From Octopus vulgaris (Eukaryota): 64,000 nt of DNA. The DNA lies in assembly GCA_951406725.2 (NCBI GenBank), contig OX597818.1, positions 46,376,001-46,440,000 on the forward strand. The letters are read 5' to 3'. The notes under the pieces were generated by a model, which saw nothing but the letters and a program-made list of their open reading frames with translations, was not told where the DNA came from and ran no database searches. A program made the translations under genes and the position numbers. Shown piece by piece: positions 24,951-39,466 of the stretch (position 1 is the stretch's first letter; the number at the start of each line of letters is the position of its first letter).

Positions 24951-25882
24951 GTATGGTTAATTCCCTTACTCATCCGATATATGAAACTTGTATTATAGCT
25001 TCATATTACTTGACAACATTTACTTCTTTTTGAAATTTTACATGTTTTTCTTTCCACATTCCTTACAAGTAAAATTGATTTTTGTTTTGTTTCACACTCT
25101 TACATTGAAATAAGTTACTACATTCCCCTCTTTCTATTCTTTCATTCCTTTCTTATTCTTTTATGTATAGTTTTCTATTTAACTAAATTCTTTTTTTCCA
25201 TCTGTACTTAATGGCAGACCTAATGGCTACATAAGCCCTTCACTCCCTATGAAACATAGGCCAGTTGTGACTTTTCTCAATTGTGGGTGGTTTTTCTGCT
25301 TGTCTCCAGTTGGATCACTGCTTTTTTTTACCTCTGCCTCATATATTTCCCTTAGTAGAGGTGGAATTTCTCTCACCAATTCTGTTGATTTTGAATTGCC
25401 ATCAGTGCTTCTATAATTCTATTTTTGTTTAGATCAGGGTTTTGGCCCTATGCAAACTCACTTTTACTTCTGGGAAGAGATAGTCCATTAGTCTGGCCTC
25501 TGTCCTTTGACCTGTCCAACATGGAAGGTCCTGCTAGGAGCCTGCACACTGCTGGAATAGCTCTTATAGTCATTGAAGCATATAAGTCACCACACTACAA
25601 GAAGGACTGGACCTTGTGATGGAATTACAGACATCTTGCCACTTTATTTGTAGTTAATCCTTCTCTATTCCTCTGCTCATGTGGCAGGACTCCATTTTCC
25701 AGATGTCCATACACTGACTCTGCGAGTACTCCAGTCAATAATTACCACATAAGTGGCAAACAGGATATTGGCCTGTAATTGTCTACCGTGGCTTCCCAAA
25801 CCCTGGTCGAACTGTCCAACCTGTGCTAGCATGGAAAACATACGTTAAACGACAATGATGATGATGATAATGATTATTATTA

Positions 25883-25937
<55 letters not shown>

Positions 25938-26495
25938 CATTATCAGTAGTAGTAGTAGCAGCAGCAGCAGCAGTTGCAGTAGTAGTGGTGGTGGTGGTGG
26001 TGGTGTTGGTGCTGTAGTAAAATTAATCCTTTTTCTTTCAGTGAAAATTTTGACCCAGAAGGTTAATGTCTCAAATCCTGCTTATTATCCATTTATCGTG
26101 GATTAATAATATGTTCCACTTTCAAATGAATCTGATATGTAACCTGTTATATTTCCATTTCAAAGTACAAGGCATGTGGACTGCAAGTGGAGACTAATAT
26201 ATCTGGGAGTGGGTTTCCAAACTGCTGTCCTCTTTCATGCATTTAAACACTTCTCATATTTGCTTGTTGATTCAAGCTAGTTGTTACTGTAAGACATGTC
26301 CAATAGATTCTGAAAATGAGATTGATTAAATCTTCAGATGTCAGACTTATTGAATTTAGGAAGGATATTGTTTCAAACCAAACAAAGGATTAAGAAGGAA
26401 ACATGAAAAGCCCTTAAAACAAACTAACAAACAAACATAAAGATAGTTTTGCTTTAAAAAAAAATAATCACATTTGAAAGAAAAACTGTCCTCCT

Positions 26496-26544
<49 letters not shown>

Positions 26545-26547
26545 TAG

Positions 26548-26995
26548 GTGCAGGTATAGCTGTGTGGTAAGAGGTTTCCTTCCCAACCACATGGTTCTGG
26601 GTCTCATCGTGTGGCCCGTTGGGCAGGTGTCTTCTATTATAGCCTTGGGCCAATCAAATCCTTGTGAGTGGATAATGGATTTGGTAGGCGGAAACTGAAA
26701 GAAGCTTGTTGTATTTGTGTGTGTGTGCGTGCATGTGTGTGTGTGTGTGTGCGTGTGTGTGTGTTGCATGTGCGTGTGTGTGTGTTTGTGTATATCCTTC
26801 ACCACTGCTTGACAACCAGTGTTGATGTGTTTTTCATCCCTCGTAACTTAACAGTTTAGTAAAAGAAAATGATAGAGTAAATATCACGCACAAAAAAAAA
26901 AATAATAATTACTGGGGTCAATTCATTCGATTAAAATTCTTCAAGGTGGTGCCCCAGCATGGCCCCAATCTAATGATAGGAAAAAGGAAAAAATA
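26548..26995 (+). repeat. tRNA-derived SINE with internal (TG)n; further copies at ~18590, 32200(-), 34090, 38560, 43630, 44810(-), 57730
   Basis: A-box-like agctgtgtggtaag, B-box-like ggttcagtccc (in other copies), ccttgtgagtggatttggtagacggaaactgaaagaagc core. Confidence 0.85.
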
Positions 26996-27367
26996 AAAGA
27001 TAAAAATAGAGACACACACATGCACATCCTAGATTCTTGATGTAGAATCATGTGTTGAAACACATACAAGCTTGACAGGAACTGAAGGAGGAGAGAAAAG
27101 CTTGTCTGTGCCATACCAGTATGCTAAACTATAACATGAGGCTTGATAGATAACATAGATGTTAGGATCTTATTGACACATCAAACAGACACAACACTCA
27201 GGCAGATTACAGAGGCCACACACATAATAGAAAATAGATTGAGCTTCAATACCCTGCAATCTAACAACTGAAGACTGAACAAGAAGTAAAATGACACAGT
27301 TACAGTGTAATATTGAAAGCCATATACATGTACACAAGATACACATTTGCACAGCAAACATAGATGT

Positions 27368-27408
<41 letters not shown>

Positions 27409-28845
27409 TACACACACACACTGATGCAGATGCAAACATTTGTGCAAATAAGGATACATATAACAAAAGACAAAATGGGATAAACGGGACAAGACCAGAG
27501 AGAAGAGACATAAAGAACAGATAGTCATTGAAGAAGTTACTGTAAGTGTGATGAAAGAACTCTGACAAATAAACTAATAATGATAATAATAATAGCAAAG
27601 TTACAGTAAAGATCAAATAAATAGCATGTATGTTTATCAGCAAAAGGATCATCCCCAAATATAACAGTATATATTCATATCTATACTATACAATATTATT
27701 GAAAGATGTTAGCCTCAGACAGTGCTTATCGGAAGAGCTGGTATGAAAATGAATCTATAATACTGTATATATTAATATACTAACTCTATTAAGATATACT
27801 TGTTTTTTTCTGACTTATGTATCCTTTGATGACTATATATATATGTTTATATTAAGTATATGATTTAACTTATTAAACACAGTTCAACAAATTCATTCAT
27901 ATTTATGTAAATTGAGGAGAATAGATATTAAAATGGATTATAATTTTTATTACTCATGTTGCTATACAAATTTGTTTTGCACAGAAAGTCAGAGATATAT
28001 TTAGAAATATATACATATTTAAAAGCATATATAATATGTGTGTGTGATATTTAGTTGTATCTCTCTACATCCGGTGCTCAAATTTTACTGAGGCTAACTT
28101 TGTCTTTCTTTCTTTCAGGTTTTATAAAATAAACTAGCAGATAAGTACTGCAGTTGATTTAAGTGATGATAACCTTTCCTCCAAAATATGAGGCTTCCTG
28201 TCAATGTTAGTAATGAATATATTATAAAAATCAATAGAATACTGGGTAAAATGCCATGTAGTAATTATTGTATTTACCCATATATAATTTGCACTATTTT
28301 ATACTAGAAAAACTGGGGTCCTACTTATACGTGGGGCAAAGCTAAAACTAATACTCTATGCAACCTTTGTACCAAGGTTTAACACTAAATTAGGGGTGCA
28401 ATTTGCACACATGTAAGTAACATAGTTATGCTTCTTTACATTTTGAGTCTAAATCTCACTGAGAGTAAATATGTCTTTCATCATTCAGGATTTGATAAAA
28501 CAATTTCCATACAAGCACTGGGTTGAAATGATGGTCTGCTTCTCCCTCCAAAATGTGTGGCCATGTGCCTGTTATAAATCAATATAATAAAATCAATTTT
28601 CTTTCCTTCTGAAATGATTTACATTTGCTGTTGTTGTTGTTTAGAAGAATTGTATCTGAAAGTTATCCCATGCATGTTATTGGTTCCTGCCTATAATTTT
28701 TAAAAATATTTTAATATAATTAATTTAATATTGTTTCTGTAATTGTTTTATTGTAAAGAGTAAAGTTTCAGTCAGCTTCCAATTTTGTGCTGTTACCATT
28801 CATTTAAGTACTAATCACAATGTTACTATTTTGTCTTTGTTGCAG

Positions 28846-28949
28846 AAAGACTTAATCAAACTAGTAATTCTCCTGATTACTTTTATCTATATGACTTTCT
28901 TCTTGTACTTCTGGCTTGTGGTTAAGAATGATTCAAATGATTTTAATTG
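28846..28949 (+). CDS. GDPD5: GDPD5-like coding exon 2 (TM1)
   Basis: ttgcag|KDLIKLVILLITFIYMTFFLYFWLVVKNDSNDFN(W)|gtgagt; matches LYFW...NDY.EFNW; phase 0 to 2. Confidence 0.92.
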
Positions 28950-29094
28950 GTGAGTAACAAATTTGTTTCCAATTATATTAGCGGAAGTGTGTGTGTGACA
29001 GCCTTCTTTCAATTTCTGCCCCAGGAGACACTTACTCAAGATGCCATGCAGTAGGACTGAACCTAGAACCATATGGTTGGGAAGCAAGCTTCTT

Positions 29095-31163
29095 TATTTC
29101 ATCAAATTTGCCATAAAGACATTACATAGATAGAAGCAAGTGTGGGCTGGACAACAATACAAATGAAGTGAATGATGAGCAAAATAATAATGATATTGAT
29201 GAGAGAGGCAGGCGACGCCTGCCAATCGATGCTTCCCGAGAACATTGTTCTTTTTTTTCTCTTTTATAAAACCAATTGAGGTTATAAACCTCTTACTATA
29301 GTTCATTGAGACACAAGGTCCTTTCAAATGAGACACTAAGCCTCTTACATTTTCACAAATGGACTCCAAGTCCTTACAAAAATGAGGCACTAAGCCTCTT
29401 ACCTTTTTTTACAACTCAAAGCATTAAAGCTTCTTACTTCCATGCCTGACTAAACACACTGCCTCATTGAAGCACCTGGAAGGTGCCGAGTCAGGCCACT
29501 TTAGCATAAATTTAAATATATCCTCGGGGAAGGAATTCATTACCCTTCACAAGTTGGTTTCCCCTATGACATCTGCAGCCACCTGCAGAGGCAAATCAGG
29601 GTCCTCAGTACAAGATAAAACCCCTTCCCCCCAGCCTTTTTTTTGTTAACTTGTTTACGAAGTTCTCCTAAGCCCCTCCCTTGTGAAGGAGGATTATAAA
29701 TTCCTCGTCCCTTGCATAGGAAGGGGCCACAGTTTCTTCCATCAGTGGCACAATTCCCACTGATGGGGTTTCAGGACATGCCGGCAGTGTGTTACTAACC
29801 AGCAGCAATGTCCTGTTTTTCTTTTTCTTTTTTTTTCCTTAAGCTACGGGAGGGTGGAGTTCTTCCATTTTGTCCAGAAGGTTTCCTTCCCTCCCGTAAC
29901 CTTCGGATCCTTCAGGGGGCAACCATTGTTACCCACCTTGTTCCTTTTATGGCCCTTTTTTAAGGAGGTTTCCACCTCCTTGACCGTCTCCATCTCTCCC
30001 TCCGAATGGGGAGGGGTCAATTTCTCTCCAACCAACTGTTCCAGGACCCTACTATGGTGCTGAGAACAGTTCTTTTTAATGTGGCCTGGTTCCAGGCACA
30101 GGTGACACTTGGGAGAGTGTACCTCAAGTATCACCGGGTATCTGCAACCGGCCATTTTCAAAAAATCTGGAAAAACCAGATTTTTGGCTGATTGGGTCCA
30201 CAGGGTCAAAATAGCTTTTGACCCAACCCAATTAGCCGCTGGCAAAATTTTAACATTAAGCAGCTTGGATCCGCTGCCACCCTGACCCTGGTGGATATTG
30301 TCTTCTATCCACTCAAGTTCTATCTGAGGTGGTGACCTGCAGACCCAAGCTCTTGTCAACTCCTTCCCACAGTACATGGGAAGAACCAAAATCTCTTTGC
30401 CCTCTAAGGGATGACTTGCAGATTTGCGAGCCTCCTCAGGGGTGTCAAATTTAGCAATCACACTGTTGCATATTTTACCCCGCTGGAGATGAATTTAATA
30501 GTTGGCAAATACTCTGCCAACTCTTTTTCAATTTGAGTCTTTTGGAAGAGGATGATGGTGTCGAGCAACTTTGAGTAAGTCCTTCACACCACCTTCCTCT
30601 CTTCAAAGTCTTTCATCCACTGCTTGGGTGGGACAATCCCCCACTCCAACGCAGTGTTGTTTGTCTTTTTTGCTATGTTTTCTTTTGGAAAAATGTTCAC
30701 AGAGTCAAAAAGAAACAAAAATGCAGGAAGGAAGGAAGAAGACAAGAAACAGTTCAAAAACACAGCAAACTATTTTTCTGGTTGTCCTGGTACTCCTGGC
30801 TAACTTGGTAATCCTCTTGGTAACCCAGGGCACAAAACAGTCACACAACAATTCCACCAAAAATTGGTAAAAAATAAGCACAATTATAGGAGGAGGGATA
30901 CGCCCCCAAAACACACTTCTCACTGCTAAGTGAGACTTCTAAACACAACTACAGGCAGACAATTTGCCAGGAACTCAGTGGAGATTTCTTGTTCGACAAA
31001 ATAAAAAGAACACGAGCAACAAACTCTCACTAAATCCCCGCCCAAAAAAACAAATGTCTTACCTGGAAGTTGTGCTTCACTTGTTCAATAATTCATGACG
31101 CTGGTGTACAGTGACGTGACTCCTAGCAGTGCAAAGAAAACACTGACCAACACATGCGCAGAG
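29095..31163 (-). mobile_element. ORF1-only non-LTR retroelement (RRM-like + CCHC knuckle) with 12-bp TSD, inserted in a SINE
   Basis: TSD AGCAAGCTTCTT at 29083-29094 and 31164-31175; CHLCLEPGHIKKNC; AKFDTPEEA; no endonuclease or RT seen; flanks rejoin into SINE ggttgggaagcaagcttcttaccacac. Confidence 0.8.
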
Positions 31164-31420
31164 AGCAAGCTTCTTACCACACAACCACACCTGCCCCTAT
31201 ATGCGTGTGTGTGTGCGTGTCTAATTAAACAGGTACCTAGCATTGACAAAGCTCAACAACGATGAAATGTGTTTGTAGTTCTGGTGAGTCACTGCAGTGA
31301 TGATACTCATCTCATTCCTATATAAATTGTGATTTTAATGTAACAAACCTGTTAAGAGTTTTTATCTCAGACAATACCTCAGCTTCATACCTTCTAACAG
31401 TGTATATACGTGATTAAGAC

Positions 31421-31803
31421 GGATGTGCAATGGCCCAGTGGTTAGGGCAGCGGACTCGCGGTCATAGGATTGCGGTTTCGATTCCCAGACCGGGCTTTGT
31501 GAGTGTTTATTGAGCGAAAACACCTAAAGCTCCACGAGGCTCCGGCAGGGGATGGTGGTGATCCCTGCTGTACTCTTTCACCACAACTTTCTCTCACTCT
31601 TACTTCCTGTTTCTGTTGTACCTGTATTTCAAAGGGCCGGCCTTATCACTCTCTGTGTCACGCTGAATATCCCCGAGAACTACATTAAGGGTACACGTGT
31701 CTGTGGAGTGCTCAGCCACTTACACGTTAATTTCACGAGCAGGCTGTTCCGATGATTCGGATCAACCGGAACCCTCATCATCGTAACCAACGGAGTGCTT
31801 CCC
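31421..31803 (+). repeat. Full-length tRNA-derived SINE with TSD; related copies at ~33915, 36850(-), 58970
   Basis: A box TGGCCCAGTGG, B box GTTTCGATTCC; TSD ATACGTGATTAA(A)GAC at 31406 and 31804. Confidence 0.9.
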
Positions 31804-33355
31804 ATACGTGATTAAAGACTGATTAAAGTATAATTCTGACATTTGCTGCTCTGAAAGATGAGAATGTATTAAAAGACAGCCACAAAGAATGTTCATATAT
31901 ATTGAGGTTATTTTCAAATTTCTTTTGTGAGTTGGTAGTAATTCTGAAAAATCAGAAATTATCTTCATCATTATGTTATGTAATAGAGTGGCAAGCAGGC
32001 AGAATAGTTACTGCACCAGACAAGATGCTTGGTGACATTTTTTGTGGTTTTTTACATTCTGAGTTCAAATACTGCCAAAGTCAACTTGTACATGCTGCTG
32101 AATAGGTGCTTTTTACATGGTGCTGACAGGAGTGCTTTTTACGTGGTTCTCTGGTACATATTTTCCTACTCTCTTTTACCTGTGGTGGGACAAACATATA
32201 TGCACATGTATATGAAGGGATTTTTTTCAGTTTCCATCTTCCAAATCCACTCACAAGGCTTTGGTTGGCTTAGGGCTATAGTAGAAGACACTTGCCCAAA
32301 GTGCTACTCAGTGAGAATGAACCTGGAGCCATGTGGTTGGGAAGCAAATTTCTTACCACACAGCTACACCAGCACCTAGACAATAACTTTGAATGAGCAA
32401 ATTTTAAGGAAAATCTAAAGTAATAAATACAATGGTGTAATAAGAATAGGAGGTGAAAACTGAGCTAAAATATCTTTAGCTAGTGGTTGATGCTTGCAGA
32501 TTGTCTAAGAAAGCTATGATATTATAGGATTAAGATTTGTTTAATGGAGCTTGGGTTTAAGAAGAGTAATGCTCAAAGATAGATATAACTGTAAAGATAT
32601 AATTATTTCACTAATCTGTGTCTAAAACCATCAAAATATGCATATTTGATATAAAAACTAATGTTGAATTGTCACTATTTATTTCTGATAGTTATTTCTA
32701 TTATTTTATTTTTGTTATAGAAAGAATGCCCTCTCTATAACTTCACAGTTATCACAAAAATAAATATTAGACTAATTTCTCTCTAAATTATACGTTTTTA
32801 ATGCTGTTTGATTCAACTCCAAGAAAAATTTAATTGTAGGGAATTAGTTTGAAGGTACATTTGATTATACCTGTATCATCATTACAGTACAAAACATACT
32901 TGGTACCATACTTACAAATTTATTAAACTTTTTTGTTTAGCAACTCAAAGTATTAAATATTTAATCAAAATCTTTTAATCTGTTAATTATGGATTATCTT
33001 CAGCCATTTACATTTGTAAACCAAACCGGTCATTTACCTCTCTGATGGCCTTGAAGGTCAATTTATTTTGTATCTATCAGGAAATGCTGCATGCAGATGA
33101 TTCATCTTCATTGTCATCATCATTGATTTAATGTCTAGTTTGTGCTCGTGTAGATCAGATGTAATTTGTTGAGGTAGATTTTCTATGTCCAGATACCCTT
33201 CTGTCACTCAACCCTTTCCTGTTCCCAAGCAAGATATTTCCCCATGCCTGAACTTGTTTTCATGGAAGACTAGATACGAAGGACTCTGCTTGTCTTTAAC
33301 TATCTTGCAATGTCAAGACAAGGAGACAGATAGACAGACACATGCACATACGCAT

Positions 33356-33394
<39 letters not shown>

Positions 33395-33882
33395 AACACT
33401 GTTTGTCTCTCGGGTCCAGTAAGGCAGTTCTGCAGTTCCTTGCTGAATAACCTGCACAGATAATTTGTTTATAGTGATCAAAAGTTTGTTGTTTTAAATT
33501 CCTCCATCAAACTGACATTACCTGTACTGGTGCATAGTGTGCCGTGCATATGTATCAAAGAGATTGCAGAGCAATGTGAGATGAAGTGTTTTGCTGAAAA
33601 ACATAATGCACTTCCCTGTTTTGCAATCACACCCATGGATCTTTCGCTCATGAGTGCAACACCTTAACCACTGGGCCATCATCATCATTTAACGTCTGTT
33701 GCCCATGCTGGGATGGGTTGGACGATTTGACTGGGCTTGCACGCTGGAATGCTGCACCAGGATCTAGTCTGATTTGCCATGGTTTACTACGGCTGGATGC
33801 CCTTCCTAATGCCAACTACTCTGAGAGTTTTTATGGGTACATTTATGTGCCACTGGCATAGGTGCCATTTGCATGACACCAG

Positions 33883-33913
<31 letters not shown>

Positions 33914-34168
33914 TGCATGGCTTAGTGGTTAGGGAATTCAGCTCGCGATCGTAGGGTCACAAGTTTGATTCCTAGCAGCACATTGTTTCTTTGAGCAAGA
34001 CATTTTATTTCACATTACTCCAGTCCATTCAGCTGGCAAAAATGAGTAGTACCTGTATTTCCAGGGACTAGCCTTGTCACACTTGTACTATAGCCTCAGG
34101 CCAACCAAAGCCTTGTGAGTGGATTTGGTAGACAGAAACCGAAAGACGCCTGTTGTATATATATAAAA

Positions 34169-34218
<50 letters not shown>

Positions 34219-34732
34219 TTGTGCATCTGTGTTTGTCTCCCTACTATCTCTTGACAACCGATATTGGTGTGTTTACATCCCTGTAACTTAGCAGTTTGGC
34301 AAAAGTGAATGATAGAATAAGTACTAGGCTAACAAATTTGTCCACTAAAAAGTAGTGTTCCAGCATGGCCACAGCCAAATGATTGAAACAAATAAAAGAA
34401 GATATATATGATGGACTTTTTTCGGTTTCTATCTGCCAAATCCACTCACAAGACATTGGTTAGCCTGGGGCAACAGCAGAAGCCACTTGTATGTAGTGCC
34501 ATGACATGGGATTATACCTGAAAAAGATTAGTGCAAGTGAATGCAAAACACCTACAAAAATCAGCATTGCTTGGAACTGCAAGAATTCTTTGCAGGGTTC
34601 TTGAAGCATGACCAGTAAATAAGTGTCACTTTAGTCTGCTGGCTGTGGACAGCTGACACTTTCTGTTATACCCAGCAATTTAAGCTGTGAGTTTTCATAT
34701 AATAATAATGATGATGGTGATGATGATGAAGA

Positions 34733-34766
<34 letters not shown>

Positions 34767-35009
34767 GGTGGTGGTGGTGGTGGTGGTGGTGGTGGCGGCG
34801 GCGGTGGCAGTGGTGGTGATGATGATGATGATGATATTAAAACTCACATTGTTGACCTACAGAAACGTACCATCCTATGTTCTGCAATAATCCTAAGGAA
34901 GATTCTCAAGATTTGAGGAGACTTGTTGTTACTAAACCTCAAGATAAAATATCTTCTAACTAAATTAACATGCACTAGCAAAGTAGTAGTAGTAGTAGTA
35001 GTCATCCCA

Positions 35010-36050
35010 CAGCAGGATGGAGAATGTGGTCTGATGCAGCTGCAAGTCTCTTAAGACAGCAACTATAGGAGTAGATGCCTATCTAAAGAACACCGATGAC
35101 TGGGTGCTTAAACTTGTCTACAAGTATGAAAGTACTAAGAATCTACACCCAATATCAGAAGGTGCAAAGAAATATATTTAAAAAATCACTGAGACTGAAA
35201 CACAACTTGATGGAACAGAAGAAACTATTGTGACAACAAAACAAACAAAAGCACAAACCAAATCAAATGGAATCTCAGAGCTGCATAACAGATGGAAAAG
35301 TAAGGCATTACATGATAAATACACTACAAAGGCCAGCAATCCTGATTTTGATACAAATATGATCCATCTGCTGTTGGTTGCATCTGGATTTAAATTAGAA
35401 ATGGAGGGTTTAATTTAGCAGCTCAGTCTGCCCACCAGAAATTACCAAGTCAGCATTCTTAAAAATGGTACTAATTCTGCCTGCCACTTTTGTTGCATAA
35501 CCAGAGAAACAATTAACCAACTCATCTCTGGATGCTTTATATTAGCCTCAAATGAATATGTTAATAACCATAAATAGACTTAGTCAGAACTTACATTGGA
35601 ATGTATGCTGTAAGTTTGGACTCCTGTATGAGAACTGGTGGTAACTCAAGCCTGACAAGGTAGTAGAAAATAAAGCTATCAATATTCTTTGGGACTTCAT
35701 TATTAAAACTGATTCAGGTGAATAGACCAGATATTGTGGTATTGTGGTATTGTGGTAAAATTTCAAAAATAAACAAAGCTTTTTGCTGCTAGATATATCT
35801 ATCCCAGCAGATTCAACACTTGTGTAGAAACATTGAAATGTTAAGTAAATACAAGGACCATGAAATAGAGATCTCAAAATTGTGGCATCTAAGAACTAAA
35901 ATTGTATTGTGATCATTGAAACTTTGGACATAATACCAAATGGCACTCTTAAACACTATGGCCAAATACCAGGAAACTAGAAACTACCAGAACTAGAAAA
36001 AATTATTCTCATGGGTACTGCCAAAATCCTTTGTGAAACATTGTTAACCT
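35010..36050 (+). mobile_element. Degenerate R4/Dong-like (restriction-like endonuclease) LINE, 3' part
   Basis: LHDKY, EGLI.AAQ.LPTRNY, C..C...ETINQLISGC, KPDKVVEN...ILWDF, RPDIVV, LMGTAKIL; short 3' ends of related elements at 34510-34990. Confidence 0.75.
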
Positions 36051-37714
36051 GATAATACCTGATTCTCTTAAAATTCTTTCAAAATTGAACTATTACAAAT
36101 TTAATGGAATCATAATTCTCAAAGTTTGTCTCCTTTCTCTCTATACGTCAGCACTAATCATAAATAACACCCATTGTAAAACATGCAACTTGCTGTTATT
36201 TGAGGTCTTTGGGTAAGACATATAAAACAAAGCAACAACAACATAAAAATGATTTCTTTTATCAGCCACAAGAGCCTAAGATGAAAGAAACTCAAGTTAA
36301 CTGCTGCATGGACAATATGAATTCACACGATGACCAGTATGAAACTGACATCGTAACTGGAGACAATACACAACCATATCTGTGCTTATAGTTATGCTTG
36401 AAAATATTTATGTTGAATAAACTCACATTACAGTATTTGATGGTGTTTAAAACCTTTTTTTTTTTCCTCAGAAAATACCTTGAAAAAATTTACTTCAGGA
36501 TTTATATGCAAAGTTGGGTCTCCCAAAAGCTTTAATGTATTAAAAATATTTTCCTTAGTATTTGCTGCTGAAAATGTGGTGCATCTAATATACTTTGCTT
36601 CTTTTATGCCATCAGCTATGGTGCGTAAATTTCTGAGTGTAAGTTGCATATCTGATTTGGATATACACAATAAATGTGAGCAACAACTGAGTGATGGACT
36701 TTCGGGGGTAACCCATTTATATAAGGTAGAACACAAAAGATTAAGGGACAATTATTCAAATACAAGGGATCACTTAGTCTGAATACATTTAAGGTCAAAT
36801 TTTAGCTTTTATCTGTATATTTGTTTAGTCATTAGCAAACTAGCACTCTGTCAGTTATGGCAATGAGGGTTCCTATTGATCCAATCAATGGAACAGCCTG
36901 CTTGTGAAATTAACTTGCAAGTGGCTGAGCACTCCACAGACACACGTACCCTTAATGTAAATTCTCTGGGAGATTCGGCATAACACAAATCGTGACAAGG
37001 CTGACCCTTTGAAACACAAATATTACTCATTTTTGCCAACAACATGAAATAAAGTGTTTTGCTTCAGGACACAGTGCACCAACAGGAATTGAACTCATGA
37101 CTTTATTGTCATGAGCTGAATATGCTAACCATTAAGCCACATGCTTCAGTGTTTGGTCCTTTTCATGATCATTATCAATGACATGATAATAACATAATGT
37201 ATGCTTGTTGATGTAAAACCACCAAGATCAATAGAAGGGCTTGATTTCACTTCATAAATAGTAAACTTAGCTTTTACTTATTTCAGTCATTGGACTGTGG
37301 CCATTCTGAAGCACCAACATGAAGAGTTTTTGCTTTTCATTACTTGTTTTTTAAAATCTGGTACTTATCATTTTGGTCTTTTTTGCCAAACTGCTAAGTC
37401 AAAGAGTCTTGTATGATAACAACAAAAAATAAGTATGAATATAACTACTATTGTCAACAATATTATGATGATGAGGCACTACATTAAATACCCTTCAGTA
37501 TTTAATTTTGTCCATCTGTGTTTTAAAATTATGTTTTACAAACATTAATTTTGACTTTTATCCCAAGTGAAATATAATAATCTTTGCTGAATTCTCAGCA
37601 TTATACCATTGTCAGGGCTCATCATCATTTTTCTAATTTTTCTTTTTTTTTTCTCTGTATCTACTGATGCTATCATCATCATCATCATCATCATCATCCT
37701 CATCATCATCATCC

Positions 37715-37748
<34 letters not shown>

Positions 37749-38966
37749 TTAATTTCCATGTTCCTGGGCAGTTGTCAGAATTTGGTGAGTTCAAGGACTG
37801 CATTGTGCTCCAGTGTCTGCTTCGCTTGGTTTTTATGGTTGGATGCCCTTCCTAAAACCAACCACTTTACAGCATGTACTGGATGCTTTTTACATGTCAC
37901 CAGCTTTATTAGGATCACCATGCTGCTTGCAAGACTATAAACCCTGAGAGGCGGGAGATTGGTTTTATACTAGGAGATAATGGTTTAAAGTATGAGAGAG
38001 TGCACAAAGCAGTTTCTTGCTTTGGAGGAACTATATAGTTATTCATATTGAGAAAAGAGAGTGAGAACTATCAATACAAGCTGCTAAAAAATAAATAGTG
38101 GTGATGAGATGTTCTGGTGGCTCCTCAAGGCACAAAGGTACTAAGTGAGTAGGACTGGGGACCAAAGAAATATGAGTGTGGATGGGTGGTTTGTAGGAGT
38201 GTAGGAGTGGAGCAAGAGATGGGGGAATAGGAAAGGGAAAGGAAGTTAGGCAACATCTATAAAGATCAGGTAGGGTTGAAGGTTGGGTGTAGAGCGGGGT
38301 GGTTCATAAATGAGATTATTGTTCTCAGTAGCAGTGCATTTTATGAGACTTCATGTTGTTTTAACCAACTACCACTAGATTACAAAAGACAACAATTTGA
38401 AGTACAGATCAACAGAATAAAATCATATTTGTATATTTTCTGAGTTATATTCTCAAAGGAACCTTTCACATCTGGAATTGTTTAAGGAAATGTAAATTAG
38501 GTTGAAATATTCCAAAATATAAATTTACTACCCAGAAAATATTTATAATAGGTGCAAACATGGCTGTGTGGTTAAGAAGCTTGCTTTCCAACCATGTGTC
38601 TTGAGTTCAGTCCCACTGTGCAGCACCTTGGGCAAGTGTCTTTAGCTCTGAGCCAATCAAAATCTTGTGAGTGGATTTGGCTGACAGAAACTGAAAGACG
38701 TCCTCCATGTGTGTGTGTGTGTGTGTACCTTTGTCAAACATCATCGTCATGCAATACTGTTCATTTCCAGTCTTCTTTGGAATAACATATCTGACCATAG
38801 GAAATATTACCTAGCCTAGAAACAGGTGAGAGCTGGCCATAGAAAAGGCGTCTGTTTGTAGAAAATTCTGCCTCAACAAATTCGGTCTGATCCATCCAAA
38901 TACACATTGGCTCTCTGGATTTGTTTCAATGCAAACATTAATGGTTTTAGTTTCATTGCTATAGAA

Positions 38967-39219
38967 CAGTGGTTCTCAAGCATTTTTTACCTATGGATCC
39001 TTTTCATTCCTATTTTATTCAGATGGGCCCTCATAATCATTTGAAGTTTTAAAAATCTTATTATATTTTTATAATTAAATAATATTAAGAATTATATTAA
39101 GAAATTCTTAAAATGTTTTGTTTATTGTAGAAGTATAATCAATTTATTGCACATAATTTTAGCAACAAAATCTTATGTAGACCCCCAAGGGTCATGTGGA
39201 CCCCATTTGAGAACCACTA
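38967..39219. mobile_element. hAT MITE, second copy in opposite orientation to 13970
   Basis: cagtggttctcaa..ttgagaaccacta, CTATAG-containing flanks; partial third copy at ~59745-59910. Confidence 0.8.
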
Positions 39220-39369
39220 ATCTATAGCTGAAGGACCTGTGAAGGCCAGGGACACTGCCCTTTCCACCACACCCAAGAAGTAAAAGCACAAACAAAATCC
39301 AAAACAAACCACAAGATGATTTTCAATTCTACATAATGTTTAACAAGTTTTCATTTATTGCTTCTTCAG

Positions 39370-39466
39370 GAATTTTACAGTAGAATTTAAAATGAAACAT
39401 GTACCATGGTATAGAATAATGCTGTCCTTAGCAGTGGTTGCATTTTGGTATCTTGCAACTTTAGTG
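39370..39466 (+). CDS. GDPD5: GDPD5-like coding exon 3 (TM2)
   Basis: cttcag|g NFTVEFKMKHVPWYRIMLSLAVVAFWYLATLV|gtaagt; phase 2 to 0. Confidence 0.85.

Noticed and set aside
31421-31495. tRNA-like sequence with A and B boxes
   Set aside because: Head of a TSD-flanked SINE, not a standalone tRNA gene
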